Source: Myxococcales bacterium (lineage in GTDB: Bacteria > Desulfobacterota > Binatia > HRBIN30). From it: a stretch of DNA of 64,000 nt. Below are positions 22,713 to 33,200 of the stretch, piece by piece. The notes below the pieces were generated by a model. That model was not told the DNA's origin. It did no database searches and saw nothing but the letters and a program-made list of their open reading frames with translations. Where the stretch lies: the NCBI GenBank assembly GCA_037445065.1, contig JBBILD010000010.1:87080-151079 (forward strand). The letters run 5' to 3'. A program made the position numbers and the translations under genes. Position 1 is the first letter of the stretch; every line of letters begins with the position of its first letter.

Positions 22713-22957
22713 CTCGAATCCTCCTGCGACTCTCCCCGTCGCTGTCTCGTTGCCCAACTTCGAGTGAAATCGCTGGCACCACTGGCAGCGCCACCAGCCT
22801 GTCCCTCTGAGCTTCCTTTTCGCCAATGGCCTGTTCTGCTGACGACAACCTGGCCGCGGCAAAGAAGTTCCCAGGCACGCCTTACCGCATGACGCCTCTC
22901 TTGCCCGCCGCCCAAAAATTCCCGATCCCAGCGCAAAGCGCGATCGCATGTACCGCT

Positions 22958-24847
22958 TCAGTCATGATCCAAGAACTTGCGTGTGCTGTTAACCTTTGCG
23001 GGCGCGACGAACTCTGCACTCCAGCAGCCTCCCGCATCGTTTACGATTTGCGCGACCACGTGCGCATTCTGCTGCAGCGGCGGAGTGGGAACACCTGCGC
23101 GGGCGCCTTTTGCCACAGCAACTAACCGCGCTTTGCCGCTCGGGCCCGACACCAAGTCGAGTCGCAGCATGCCATCGGGGCTGAGCTCTCGGTCTCGGTA
23201 CAACCATTTCGTACCCGAGCGGTTCCTTCTCCAACAGGGCCTACCGGCGCACAGTCCACCGGGGGGCGCAGTGGCATCCAGGATCAACGAAAAACCGTTC
23301 GGAGCTTCATCGTACACACATAAGGCATACGTCCGATCCGCACCGGGGTCGCCAAATTCGCTCAGGTCGGTAGCCTCGCCCGGAAACCAACGGAACGTCA
23401 CGCGGTCATAGCGGATGCCAAAGCGGCTTTTGGACAACAGCAGCAACGGGGAACCCTTGCCCACGGTCACCGATTTGCACCCGAGGCGCGGTAACGGTGT
23501 ACAGAGCACCACTTCTTCGAAGACATAAGCCCGGCCCACATCCTCCACGCCGCTTTGAGCGCGGTACGGTGCCGCGACCGCTGCCAGTGGGCCGCTCGTC
23601 GCCAACGCCTCGCCAAACTGGTCGTTCTCGGTCGCGTCTGACGGGGTCATTTTCATGGACTCGTAGACGAGGCCAGACCATCCACCCTGTGGCCGCTCGA
23701 ACACGGCAACAGCGCCGCGTGCTTCACCCGTTGCACCGCTCCCGTAATAGGGCATCCCAGCCAAAATTCGGTTTCCCCAAATCGCAACCGCGCTGCCCAC
23801 CGCATCTTCGTCGTTGGCATCGGATACTTGCAAAAACGCGGTCTCTGTCAGCTCCCCGCTCCACCCTGCCTCGGGGCGTTCGAAGACGTACGCGCCACCC
23901 TTGAAATACTGTGGTGGCCGGGTGGAAAAGTCGTGCCGGTTCGGTGCACCCGCAACAATGGTGGTACCGGCGATCGCCAACGCGCGGCCAAATCTCTCGA
24001 ATGGAACCGGAGTCGCAGGTCGCAGCTTGGCGACTTCGCTCCCATTGGTCCAACCCGAAGCTGGCCGTTCGAACACATACACGGTGCCGACCGGCTCCCC
24101 TCCCACCATGTTCCGCGGAGCTCCAGCCACAATGGTGGTCGCAGAGATGCCCAAAGTTTCTCCTAACTCGTCGCGTGGCATTCGATCCGAGGCCACGAGC
24201 TTGGCGGTCGGAGTCGAGGAAGAGACCCAGTTTGGCCCGGAGCGAACGAACACGTACACAGCCCCATAGTTGACATTGATGTTTGGGTCTCCAAGGTCGT
24301 GGCTCATTGCTCCCACGGCGATGGTATCTCCTGAGATCCCCACCGCGCTGCCGAACAAGTCCTGCCGCGCTGGCTCTCCAGAGGTGAGGCGCGCGGTCTC
24401 CGTCATCGTTTGCCAGCCACCCGGTGGCTTCTGGTACACGAAAACGGCGCCCTGCGCGTACACTCCCGCGCCACTGCTCGGTTTCCAATACGGCGCGCCG
24501 ACCACGACCGTGTCTCCATCCATCGCAAGGGACGAACCGAAACCAGCCCAACTCCCTGCGGCAACGTTGGACATGGTCAGCTCCGCCACTTCCGTCATCG
24601 TACCCCACCCCGTTGGCGTTCGCTGGTACACAAACACCCGGTCCTTGTTTGGAGCGCCCACCACAACCACGTCACCGCTCACCGCCACGGCGCGTCCCAA
24701 CAGCAAAGTCCGCTCTGGAACGGACGGCAAAAGTACCCCAACTTCGAGAAACGGCGCCGCACGCGCCACAGACACTGCGAGCCTACAAAGCACTCCAGCA
24801 AGTACCAAAAGAGCGACCATGCCCGGCCTCTGAATTCGCGATTTCAT
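22958..24847 (-). CDS. FG-GAP repeat secreted protein, paralogue of adjacent gene
   Basis: Signal peptide, FG-GAP repeats, same C-terminal domain as 20799-22712; GGAGG RBS. Confidence 0.85.
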   Translation of the reverse strand: MKSRIQRPGMVALLVLAGVLCRLAVSVARAAPFLEVGVLLPSVPERTLLLGRAVAVSGDVVVVGAPNKDRVFVYQRTPTGWGTMTEVAELTMSNVAAGSWAGFGSSLAMDGDTVVVGAPYWKPSSGAGVYAQGAVFVYQKPPGGWQTMTETARLTSGEPARQDLFGSAVGISGDTIAVGAMSHDLGDPNINVNYGAVYVFVRSGPNWVSSSTPTAKLVASDRMPRDELGETLGISATTIVAGAPRNMVGGEPVGTVYVFERPASGWTNGSEVAKLRPATPVPFERFGRALAIAGTTIVAGAPNRHDFSTRPPQYFKGGAYVFERPEAGWSGELTETAFLQVSDANDEDAVGSAVAIWGNRILAGMPYYGSGATGEARGAVAVFERPQGGWSGLVYESMKMTPSDATENDQFGEALATSGPLAAVAAPYRAQSGVEDVGRAYVFEEVVLCTPLPRLGCKSVTVGKGSPLLLLSKSRFGIRYDRVTFRWFPGEATDLSEFGDPGADRTYALCVYDEAPNGFSLILDATAPPGGLCAGRPCWRRNRSGTKWLYRDRELSPDGMLRLDLVSGPSGKARLVAVAKGARAGVPTPPLQQNAHVVAQIVNDAGGCWSAEFVAPAKVNSTRKFLDHD

Positions 24848-25113
24848 GGCTTCCTCCACGACTTCGCCTCGACGTCCTGCCCTTCATCGAGTGGCAACGG
24901 TTCTCTGAAAAAACGTTTTTCCGAGCCAGGTACGTGCAGTCAAGCGAAAGTTGCACGCCCCTGAGCCCCACCTGCTTCGAACACCGACCATGGCCCGTGG
25001 GCACGACTTCGCGACTGGAAACGCTTCCCACCCATGTTGCCCGCGTGGCAGAGGTCCCGCCGGCAACCGAGCCCGCTAGCTAGCGGGCGTGCCTGGATCC
25101 CTGGGCGCCGCGA

Positions 25114-25722
25114 TCAAGTTGCGGGTCCGCGGCTGCGCGCGTTGAACGTATTCATGGCCACATCCAGCCCTCGTTCCACGACCACTTCCACCGCGTCCGC
25201 CGCTCGCTCGAACGCTTCTTCCATGATCGTCCGTTCTTGGCGCGAGAACGGGGCCAACACGTACTCCACCATCTGGCCCGGCGGTGGAGCGCCAATGCCA
25301 ACGCGTACGCGCGGAAACGCAGCCGATCCCAGAGACTCGATCAAAGAACGGAGCCCGTTGTGCCCGCCTGCCGATCCGCTCTTGCGAACACGGATCATGC
25401 CAGTAGGCAGCGCGACATCGTCCACCACCACTAACAGCCGCTCGACCGGCACGTGGAAGTGCCGGGTCAACGCCAGAGCGGCAATGCCGCTGCGGTTCAT
25501 GTATGTAAGCGGCTCCGCGAGCAGCACCGGTACGCCTCCGACTCGTGCGCACGCAAAGCGAGCATGGTGGGCTACCTGCCGCAAGCTCACGCGGTGCCGC
25601 GCAGCGAGCCGTTGCACCACTTCGAAACCCGCGTTGTGCCGGGTGCCCTCGTAGTCCGGCCCAGGGTTGCCAAGGCCGAGCACAATCCAATCAACCCCTC
25701 CGTCACCCTTACCTGTCCGCAC
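25114..25722 (-). CDS. pth: Peptidyl-tRNA hydrolase
   Basis: LGLGNPG.DYEGTRHNAGF, TYMNRSG, GSAGGHNGLRS, RVRVGIG. Confidence 0.96.
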   Translation of the reverse strand: MRTGKGDGGVDWIVLGLGNPGPDYEGTRHNAGFEVVQRLAARHRVSLRQVAHHARFACARVGGVPVLLAEPLTYMNRSGIAALALTRHFHVPVERLLVVVDDVALPTGMIRVRKSGSAGGHNGLRSLIESLGSAAFPRVRVGIGAPPPGQMVEYVLAPFSRQERTIMEEAFERAADAVEVVVERGLDVAMNTFNARSRGPAT

Positions 25723-25754
25723 AACGTTCCCTCTCAGATCGGCCGATCCCGCTC

Positions 25755-26416
25755 AACATCGAGCATACCGGGGCCTTCTGTCCGATTACGCACAAGGACC
25801 AGGCCAGGGGCCACACCGCTCGCCACGGCGAGAGGCGGATCTGCCACATCCTGCCGATGCGTGACCGAAGGGCTGCAGCAGGCCCGCGGCGTGGCGCCGC
25901 TCAGCGGTACACTTCGAGGTGCACACGTTCCTAGCTGGGAGAGGCGTCGTCCGTGCCTCATCTGCGGTCCTGACCCGTACCTCTCGCCGGCCTGCACCTC
26001 GAGAGGCTTCGCGCACCGCCTTCGCTCCGGCTCGGTCCCCAATCCCTGTCCCGGCGATTTCCCCGAGTGGTTGCTGCCACCTGCACATTCACCCCCGCTT
26101 GGCCTCGCTTTCTTTCCGGCGCCATCTTGCGGCCCCCCACAACGGTGGGAGCCCTGTAGCACGATTCGTTGCGCTGCGGGAACCTTTTGCGCAGACGGCA
26201 CTCGGGGCCATTCCGCGGTGCAGGATCCACGCAAGCCGGCGTGCCGGTGCAGCAGAAGTGCGGGCGCCGATTGGCCCAACGCCGAAGGGAGGAGCGGGGC
26301 GACCTTTCGCAACGCAAGCGCCAGTGTTCGTCTCACGCCGAGCTGTATCGGCAGTGACTCCGCAAGCCGGGCTCGCGTCCCCGCCAGGGGTGGCGCCGAG
26401 TAGCGCGCTCGATGTT
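25755..26416 (-). ncRNA. Candidate large structured non-coding RNA (unassigned)
   Basis: No credible ORF; 10-bp perfect end-to-end inverted repeat plus internal 10-, 9- and 7-bp helices; strand inferred. Confidence 0.4.
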
Positions 26417-26526
26417 CGGTGTGGTCCAGGCGGCAGAGAATTTTTCTTTCGCTTTGAATACGCGCGCGGCTTCGGCCGTCCTATGCCGCCGTGGCGCCAG
26501 CGGACCCCCCCTTCCGCTAGCCGCTG

Positions 26527-26558
26527 AGCCGGCGGGCCCACCCCCAGGCCCGCCGGCT
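26527..26558. terminator. Strong GC hairpin downstream of NIPSNAP-like gene
   Basis: AGCCGGCGGGCC / GGCCCGCCGGCT 12-bp perfect stem; no clear U tract. Confidence 0.4.
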
Positions 26559-26601
26559 TCCCCTCCCCGGCACAAGGCACGCTTTCTCGCCATTCGGTCT
26601 T

Positions 26602-27285
26602 TCAGCCGCGCAGCGGGTCGAGCAGAGTTCCCGCCGCGGGGGTCAGCCACAGGGTCTCACTTCGAACACGCCACTGGCAGAGCCGCGCCTCCCACGCCGT
26701 TCTCTGCTGCTCTGAAGACCAATCTTCCCACCACTGGCAAAGCGTGCGGAAGTCAGTCGCTGCCCACAAAACCAGCGCCTCACCCGGCTGAAAGGGAGCC
26801 CGATAGCTTCCCAGCAACCAGATTCCGGCAGCTTCGCGCTGCGCGACCTGTGTTCCCACCACTTCCTCCAGCACGGTCCGCTCGCTTCCCGCTGGCCCGC
26901 GGTAGATCGTCTGTTCCGCAACCCAAGCACGTTTGCCTGCTTCCGCCAGCGCCGTGCAGGAAGAGGCCACAGGCAACGGTTCCAGGATGCGGTCAAAGCC
27001 GCCGCGGCGGTAATGGGTCATTTCCTTCCACCACGGCGCGAGTTGGGGGTCCTTGAACTCGGGCACGAACTGCCGTGCGAGCGTCCGGGCCCAGTGGTCC
27101 CAGCCATCCATCTCCCACAGGTTCACCACCCGTGGCCAGCGGTGGGTGCTGCCGATCACCCGCCATGCCCCGAGCAGGCGCGAGATTCCCTGGGCTTCGG
27201 AGTGGCGCGCGCGCTCCAGCACGGCTCGCAAGTACGGCTCGCTGCCGTGGCCACGGATCTCGATGGTTTCGTGCAAGTACAACAT
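26602..27285 (-). CDS. NIPSNAP-like dimeric alpha/beta barrel protein
   Basis: LYLHETI, LLGAW..IGST.RWPRVVNLWEMDGW, RGGFDRILEP; two-repeat organisation. Confidence 0.6.
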   Translation of the reverse strand: MLYLHETIEIRGHGSEPYLRAVLERARHSEAQGISRLLGAWRVIGSTHRWPRVVNLWEMDGWDHWARTLARQFVPEFKDPQLAPWWKEMTHYRRGGFDRILEPLPVASSCTALAEAGKRAWVAEQTIYRGPAGSERTVLEEVVGTQVAQREAAGIWLLGSYRAPFQPGEALVLWAATDFRTLCQWWEDWSSEQQRTAWEARLCQWRVRSETLWLTPAAGTLLDPLRG

Positions 27286-27390
27286 CCCTGCCAGCTTGCC
27301 GCGGGCGCCCGCGCTTCTCAAGCATTCTTGCTTCCCGGGATGAGGCCGCGGTATGGCGGCAAACCAACGCCAGCCAAAGGAGGGGACGCC

Positions 27391-28509
27391 ATGCCGCGCC
27401 GCCGCACACTACCGCACGGACTCGCCTTCGCGCCGATCCGCATCGGTGTGCTGATTGACATCGATATGGGGACGAAAGAAGACTTCCTTGCCACCTTGCG
27501 CCTCGCCTTCGAAGAAGCGTACGAGCGGGGAATTCTGCCACGGCCGGTGGAGCTGGTTGTGCAGGAGGCCATTGGCCTACCGCGCCTGGAAGCGATCCAC
27601 ACACGGCGCGGTTTCGAGCAGCTTGTCGAAAGCGGCGTGCTGGGTGTGATCGGGCCTTTGATCACCGACAACTCGATCGCACTCGCGCCCACGATTGACC
27701 GCTACGAAGTGCCTGCGATCACATGGACGGGAACGGACCGCTACTTCGGCGAGTTTTGCTTCAACCTCGGCAACGGCGGACTTGCCGAGGAAACCGCCAT
27801 TATGGCCAACTGGATCCATCGGCATGGATTTCGCCGCGTGGGAATGATCCACGAACTCAGCCCCGGGGGTAGCGAGTACGCCAGTAACTTCCGGTACTAC
27901 GCTTACCGCTACGGGTTGGACATCGCGGTCGAAGCGTACACAAGTCAGACTCCCGAGGACTTCGACGCGATTGTTGCCCGCGTGCGTGCCGCCGAGCCCG
28001 AATGCCTCGCTTACGTGGGTTACGGGTACCCGACCATTCTGTTGGGGAGCGCCCTCAAGCGGCTCCAATGGGATCCACCGCGAATCATGACCACCGCCTT
28101 CCAGTTTTGTTACGCGAAATCAGAATGGATGGCAGCACTCGAGGGATGGCACGGCATTGACCAGATGTGCGAGGCCAACCCTCGCTTGCAACCGGTGTTG
28201 GACAAAGTGGCGCACGCGTTAGGAAAGCGGCGCGACCACACGGTGACCGCGCTCAGTTGGGACACTGCGATGCTACTCGCGGAGGGGCTCGCGCGCGCCC
28301 CGCTGCTCACCCCACGCGGTCTCAAAGAAGGGCTGGAGAAAGTGCGCATGCTGCCCGCGGTAAACGGAGGTCCGCGCACGCACATGAGTCTCGGCCCCTT
28401 CGACCACAAGGCGTACAAGGGAGACTGGCTTTTGGTCCGACGCATCGAGAAGGGGCGGACCGTTTTTGCTGAACTGTACGAGCCACCTCTCGAGTATCCT
28501 CCGCGCTAA
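27391..28509 (+). CDS. Leu/Ile/Val-type (class I) substrate-binding-fold protein
   Basis: PIRIGVL, VLGVIGP, GFRRVGMIH; AAGGAGG RBS; no obvious signal peptide and no adjacent permease. Confidence 0.7.
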   Translation: MPRRRTLPHGLAFAPIRIGVLIDIDMGTKEDFLATLRLAFEEAYERGILPRPVELVVQEAIGLPRLEAIHTRRGFEQLVESGVLGVIGPLITDNSIALAPTIDRYEVPAITWTGTDRYFGEFCFNLGNGGLAEETAIMANWIHRHGFRRVGMIHELSPGGSEYASNFRYYAYRYGLDIAVEAYTSQTPEDFDAIVARVRAAEPECLAYVGYGYPTILLGSALKRLQWDPPRIMTTAFQFCYAKSEWMAALEGWHGIDQMCEANPRLQPVLDKVAHALGKRRDHTVTALSWDTAMLLAEGLARAPLLTPRGLKEGLEKVRMLPAVNGGPRTHMSLGPFDHKAYKGDWLLVRRIEKGRTVFAELYEPPLEYPPR

Positions 28510-28604
28510 CCCACAACTCTGCCTGTGTTCTCCAAGCAGGTGCTGGCGCGTCTGCAGTGAGGCTGCCGAGGTTGTAGCGCGGGCTACCACGCCACCGGAG
28601 GCGC

Positions 28605-29384
28605 TCAGGCTTCGCCCAACAGCCGGATGACGGCGGGCAAGACGACAAAGAGCTGCACGGCGTTGAACCAGCCGTGCGCCACCATCGGAGCCACCAGCGA
28701 CCCAGTGCGCGCAAAGAGCCAGCCAAAGAACAACGATACAATGAAGACCCCAATGACCAGAAACGGCTGCCCGTAACTGAAGTGGCTCAAAGCAAACAGC
28801 ACGCTCGACAGCCACAAGCCGAGCCGCCGTTGCAAGAAAGCGCGGAAAAACGCCTCTTCTACGGTCATCGCCACCGCCACGACCACCAGCTTCTGCCAAG
28901 CAGGGAGAGTCGCCATCCAATGCACTAGCGGTGGGATCTCCGCGCGCACGTCGAGTTCGCGCACATGCGTCCAAGCTCCCGCCAGGAGACCGGTCAGCAC
29001 CAACGTGGCAGCCCAAGCCAAGACGCCACCCGTCAAACCGATGGTCACGTATTTCGGCCAGACATCTGCATGGCGCAGAGCGAGAAAGTCGCGCAGCGGC
29101 AGGTCCGCCCGCAGTCGCCACCAGGCGAGAAGAAAAGCCACCAATAGTGCGTGCCCGAGAAACAGCCACGGGAAGCGCAGGCTTTCTGTGTCCACGCCGT
29201 GGCCTGTGGAAGCCGCGGTCAATGGGAGGAATACCACCAAGGCCAGCACGACGACCCACAGCACCAGCGCCACCGCCCGCCGCCCCAAGGTGTCAAACTC
29301 ATCCCGAAACGGCGCCACGCCCAGGAGCGCCAGTGCGGTCACACAGGTCAGGCTAGCCAGAAACGCCGCCGGGATCTCTCCCAT
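28605..29384 (-). CDS. CPBP (CAAX/Abi) family intramembrane metalloprotease
   Basis: EEAFFRA, FALSH, AHGWFN motifs, multiple TM segments. Confidence 0.88.
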   Translation of the reverse strand: MGEIPAAFLASLTCVTALALLGVAPFRDEFDTLGRRAVALVLWVVVLALVVFLPLTAASTGHGVDTESLRFPWLFLGHALLVAFLLAWWRLRADLPLRDFLALRHADVWPKYVTIGLTGGVLAWAATLVLTGLLAGAWTHVRELDVRAEIPPLVHWMATLPAWQKLVVVAVAMTVEEAFFRAFLQRRLGLWLSSVLFALSHFSYGQPFLVIGVFIVSLFFGWLFARTGSLVAPMVAHGWFNAVQLFVVLPAVIRLLGEA

Positions 29385-29399
29385 ACGAGGAAGCCGAGC

Positions 29400-30026
29400 C
29401 TAGCGGTGCAGCTCTTCCACCGAAGAGATGATCTTGCCAACGAGGCCGTATTCGACCGCCTCTTCGGCTGACATCCAGAAATTGCGCTCGGTGTCCCGCT
29501 CGACTCGTTTCAGCGGCTGGCCGGTTTTCTCGGCGATAATGCGGCTCAAGCGAGCGCGCATGCGAAGGATCTCCTGCGCCTCGATTTCTAAATCAGTCGC
29601 GCGCCCACCGGCTCCACCCCAGGGCTGGTGCAAGAGGAAGCGGGTATTGGGCAAACAAAAGCGGTCTTCTTTCTCCGCGGCCAAGAAAATGTGTGCACCC
29701 GCACTCGCCACCCAACCGGTACCGATCATGCGTACGCGGGGCCGGATGAAGCTCAGGATATCGTAAATCGTATCCGCCGACTCTACGTGCCCACCGGGCG
29801 AGTGGATAAACACGGTAATGTCCTCATCCGAGGCCGCGGCCAGAGCCAGGGCCTGTGCCGTAACCAAGTGGGCAAGCGGCATGGTGATTTCGCCGCAGAT
29901 AATGATCGTACGCGTTTCAAAAAGCTTTTGGCTGACCGAGCGTAGCAGGCTGCGCGCTTCCTTGTTCGCGCTTTTCTCCGCCGTCGCGCGGAATTCCTCA
30001 CTGAGCCATTGCGTCATGCCCGGCAT
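29400..30026 (-). CDS. clpP: ATP-dependent Clp protease proteolytic subunit
   Basis: IHSPGG, WVASAG, NTRFLLHQP, DTERNFWMSAEEAVEYGL; start uncertain. Confidence 0.93.
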   Translation of the reverse strand: MPGMTQWLSEEFRATAEKSANKEARSLLRSVSQKLFETRTIIICGEITMPLAHLVTAQALALAAASDEDITVFIHSPGGHVESADTIYDILSFIRPRVRMIGTGWVASAGAHIFLAAEKEDRFCLPNTRFLLHQPWGGAGGRATDLEIEAQEILRMRARLSRIIAEKTGQPLKRVERDTERNFWMSAEEAVEYGLVGKIISSVEELHR

Positions 30027-30251
30027 GTAGAAGAGCACGGCGCAGCGAGCAACCAAGCGGGCTGCAGCCCAACCGCACGCCCCTCGCCGACCGCCGCCCC
30101 CGCGCGCGAACCGATCCGAGCCTTTTCAGGACTGCAAGCTCGACCCCCTCCGGTTTGCGAACTTTGCGAATTCTCGCACACCCTCAGTGGCTATGGCCTA
30201 CCAAACTGGCAGTGTGGAAAGCGGGCACAGGGCGTGGATAGATTCCCTCCG

Positions 30252-33200
30252 ATGACACACCCGGTGTTACAAGGCGCGGGGCCGCAGGCGGCTACCGCGA
30301 CCGTGGATGCAAACGAAGCAGTGGCTTCGGTGGCGTATCGCCTCAGCGAAGTGATCGCCATCTATCCCATCACCCCCGCTTCTCCGATGGGGGAGTGGGC
30401 GGACGCGTGGGCCGCGCACGGGCGACCGAATTTGTGGGGTGCCGTTCCGCGCATCATCGAAATGCAATCGGAAGCGGGAGCCATTGCCGCAGTGCACGGC
30501 GCCATCCAGAGCGGGGCGCTGGCGACTAGCTTTACCGCTTCGCAAGGTCTTCTGCTCATGATTCCGAACCTGTACAAGATCGCCGGAGAACTCACGCCGT
30601 TTTGCTTGCACGTTGCAGCCCGTGCCGTCGCCACCCATGCGCTCTCCATCTTTGGCGACCACTCCGACGTGATGGCGTGCCGAGCAACCGGCTTTGCGAT
30701 GCTGTGCAGCGCTTCGGTGCAAGAGGCACAGGACCTCGCCTGCGTCGCGCACCTAGCCACTCTGCGTAGCCGCATCCCCTTCCTTCATTTTTTCGATGGC
30801 TTCCGGACCTCGCACGAGATCCAGAAGATCGTGCCGCTGCGGGATGAGGACCTGGAGAGTATGCTCGACGCACCGAGCCTCGCCGCACACCGCGCTCGCG
30901 CCCTCACGCCCGATCGCCCCGTCATCCGTGGCACCTCCCACAATCCCGACACCTACTTTCAGGCTCGCGAAGCGGTCAACCCATACTACCAAGCTTTGCT
31001 GCGCATCGTCGCGGAAGAGGTGGAGCGCTTTGCTGCGCGCACTGGGCGGCACTATCCGCTCTACGAGTTTTTCGGCCATCCAGAGGCGCAACGTGTGCTC
31101 GTAGCGATGGGCTCCGGCAGCGAGACCGCAGCCGAGACGGCGGAACACCTAGCCGCACGGGGCGAGCGCGTCGGGGTGGTACGCGTGCGCATGTTTCTGC
31201 CGTTCGACGCGGAGGGCTTTCTTCGAGTCCTGCCACCTTCGACCGAGGCCGTAGCGGTGCTCGATCGGACAAAAGAGCCAGGAGCAATTGGCGAGCCGCT
31301 CTTCCAGCAAGTCGCGACCGCCCTTTACGAGGCAAGCTACACGACCCAACAGACGAAACCACCGATCAAGCTCATTGGCGGGCGATTCGGATTGGCGGGC
31401 AAAGAGTTCACTCCGGCAATGGTGCAAAGCGTTTTTGAGGAACTCGCTGCCCCTGCCCCGCGCCCTCGCTTCACGGTCGGGATCACAGACGACGTGAGCG
31501 GCCTCTCCCTGCCCGTTTCCGAGCAATCACCAGAAGAACCCGAGGATGTTTTCCGGGCCGTATTTTACGGGCTCGGTTCGGACGGTACGGTGAGCGCCAA
31601 CAAGAGTTCGCTCAAGATCCTCGGCGAGCACACGCCGTACTTCGTGCAAGGCGCGTTTGTCTACGACTCCAAGAAGGCCGGGGCGATGACCATCTCGCAT
31701 TTGCGCATCTCACCGCACCCGATCCGCTCCGCCTACCTGATTCGGAGAGCTCAGTTTATCGCTTGCCACCAGTTTTCCTTCCTCGCACGCTACGACATCC
31801 TGCGGCTGGCGCAGCCTGGGGCAACGCTGCTCCTCAATGCTCCGTACGGACCCGAGGCGTTGTGGGATCACCTGCCGGCGCCGGTACAGCAGGGGATCCT
31901 CGACAAGCAACTCCGCGTCTACGCCATCGATGCACACCAGCTCGCGCGGGAGCTGGGTCTGGGCGTGCGCATCAACACGATCATGCAAACCTGCTTTTTC
32001 GCTCTTACCGATTTCCTCCCCTTCGAAGAAGCCGCGAAAGCCATGAAGGAACAGATCCGTGCTAGTTACGGCGCGTTTGGCGACAACGTTGTGGAGCGCA
32101 ACTTCCAGGCCGTGGAGCGAGCCCGCGATTGGCTGTCTGCGGTACCCATCCCCAGCGCTGTGACCTCTCATACCAGCGTGCCCGAGTTAGTTCCTGCACA
32201 GGCCCCTGAATTTGTGCGCCGGGTGACGGCAGCATTGTTAGCACAAACAGGAGACCAGCTCCCGGTCAGTGCCTTCCCTCCCGATGGAACCTGGCCAACC
32301 GGTACGGCGCGCTGGGAGAAACGGCGAATCGCGCAATCCATCCCCATTTGGGACCCAGGAGTGTGTATCCAATGCAACAAGTGCGCGCTCGTTTGCCCGC
32401 ATGCAGCGATCCGCACCAAAGTGTTCCCTCCCGAAGCGGCGGTTTCCGCACCTGCCCACTTCCGCAGCGTGCCGTACAAGGGCACCGATTTCCCCGGCTT
32501 CGTCTACTCCGTACAGGTGGCGCCCGAAGACTGCACCGGCTGCGAACTCTGCGTACAAATTTGCCCGGCAAAAGACCGCCGAAACCCCCGTCACAAAGCA
32601 CTGGAAATGGAACCCCTTGCGGACCACTTGCAGAGCGAGCGTCGGAACTACGACTTCTTCTTGTCCCTGCCCGAGGCCGACCGCACACGTGTCCACCTCG
32701 ATGTTAAAGGGGCGCAGCTCTTTCAGCCCTTATTCGAGTACTCTGGGGCGTGTGCCGGTTGCGGTGAAACCCCTTACATCAAGCTGCTCACACAGCTTTT
32801 TGGAGACCGCATTCTCATTGCCAATGCCACTGGCTGCTCCTCGATTTACGGCGGCAACCTACCCACCACCCCATATACGACCAATGCGGAGGGCCGCGGG
32901 CCTGCTTGGTCGAACTCTCTGTTCGAGGACAATGCGGAGTTCGGCCTCGGCATGCGCCTAGCGCTCGATCACTTGAGCAACCGCGCACAGCACCTACTGC
33001 GCATGATGGCCACCGAGGTGGGCGAACGCCTGGTCGAGGCGCTCCTGCACTCTCCGCAGGACAACGAGGCCGCCATCGCTGCGCAGCGCGCACGCGTGGC
33101 CGAACTGCGCCAGCGCCTCGCTCGGTTGCGTTCTTCGCCTGCGCGCGAGCTGCAACTTTTGGCGGACTACCTCGTGCGCAAGTCGGTTTGGATCGTAGGC

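Noticed and set aside
25071..25088. Perfect 18-bp palindrome GCCCGCTAGCTAGCGGGC after pth
   Set aside because: Single copy with no U tract; probably a simple transcript-end hairpin
25734..26336. 200-aa minus-strand ORF upstream of pth, and overlapping ORFs in other frames
   Set aside because: Ala/Gly/Pro/Arg/Ser-rich with no recognisable motif and not RplY or Prs; typical of a GC-rich spurious frame
25755..26430. Group I/II intron, RNase P, tmRNA or SRP identity for the structured block
   Set aside because: Only vague similarities (e.g. TGCGGGAA); hallmark motifs and an interrupted host gene are absent
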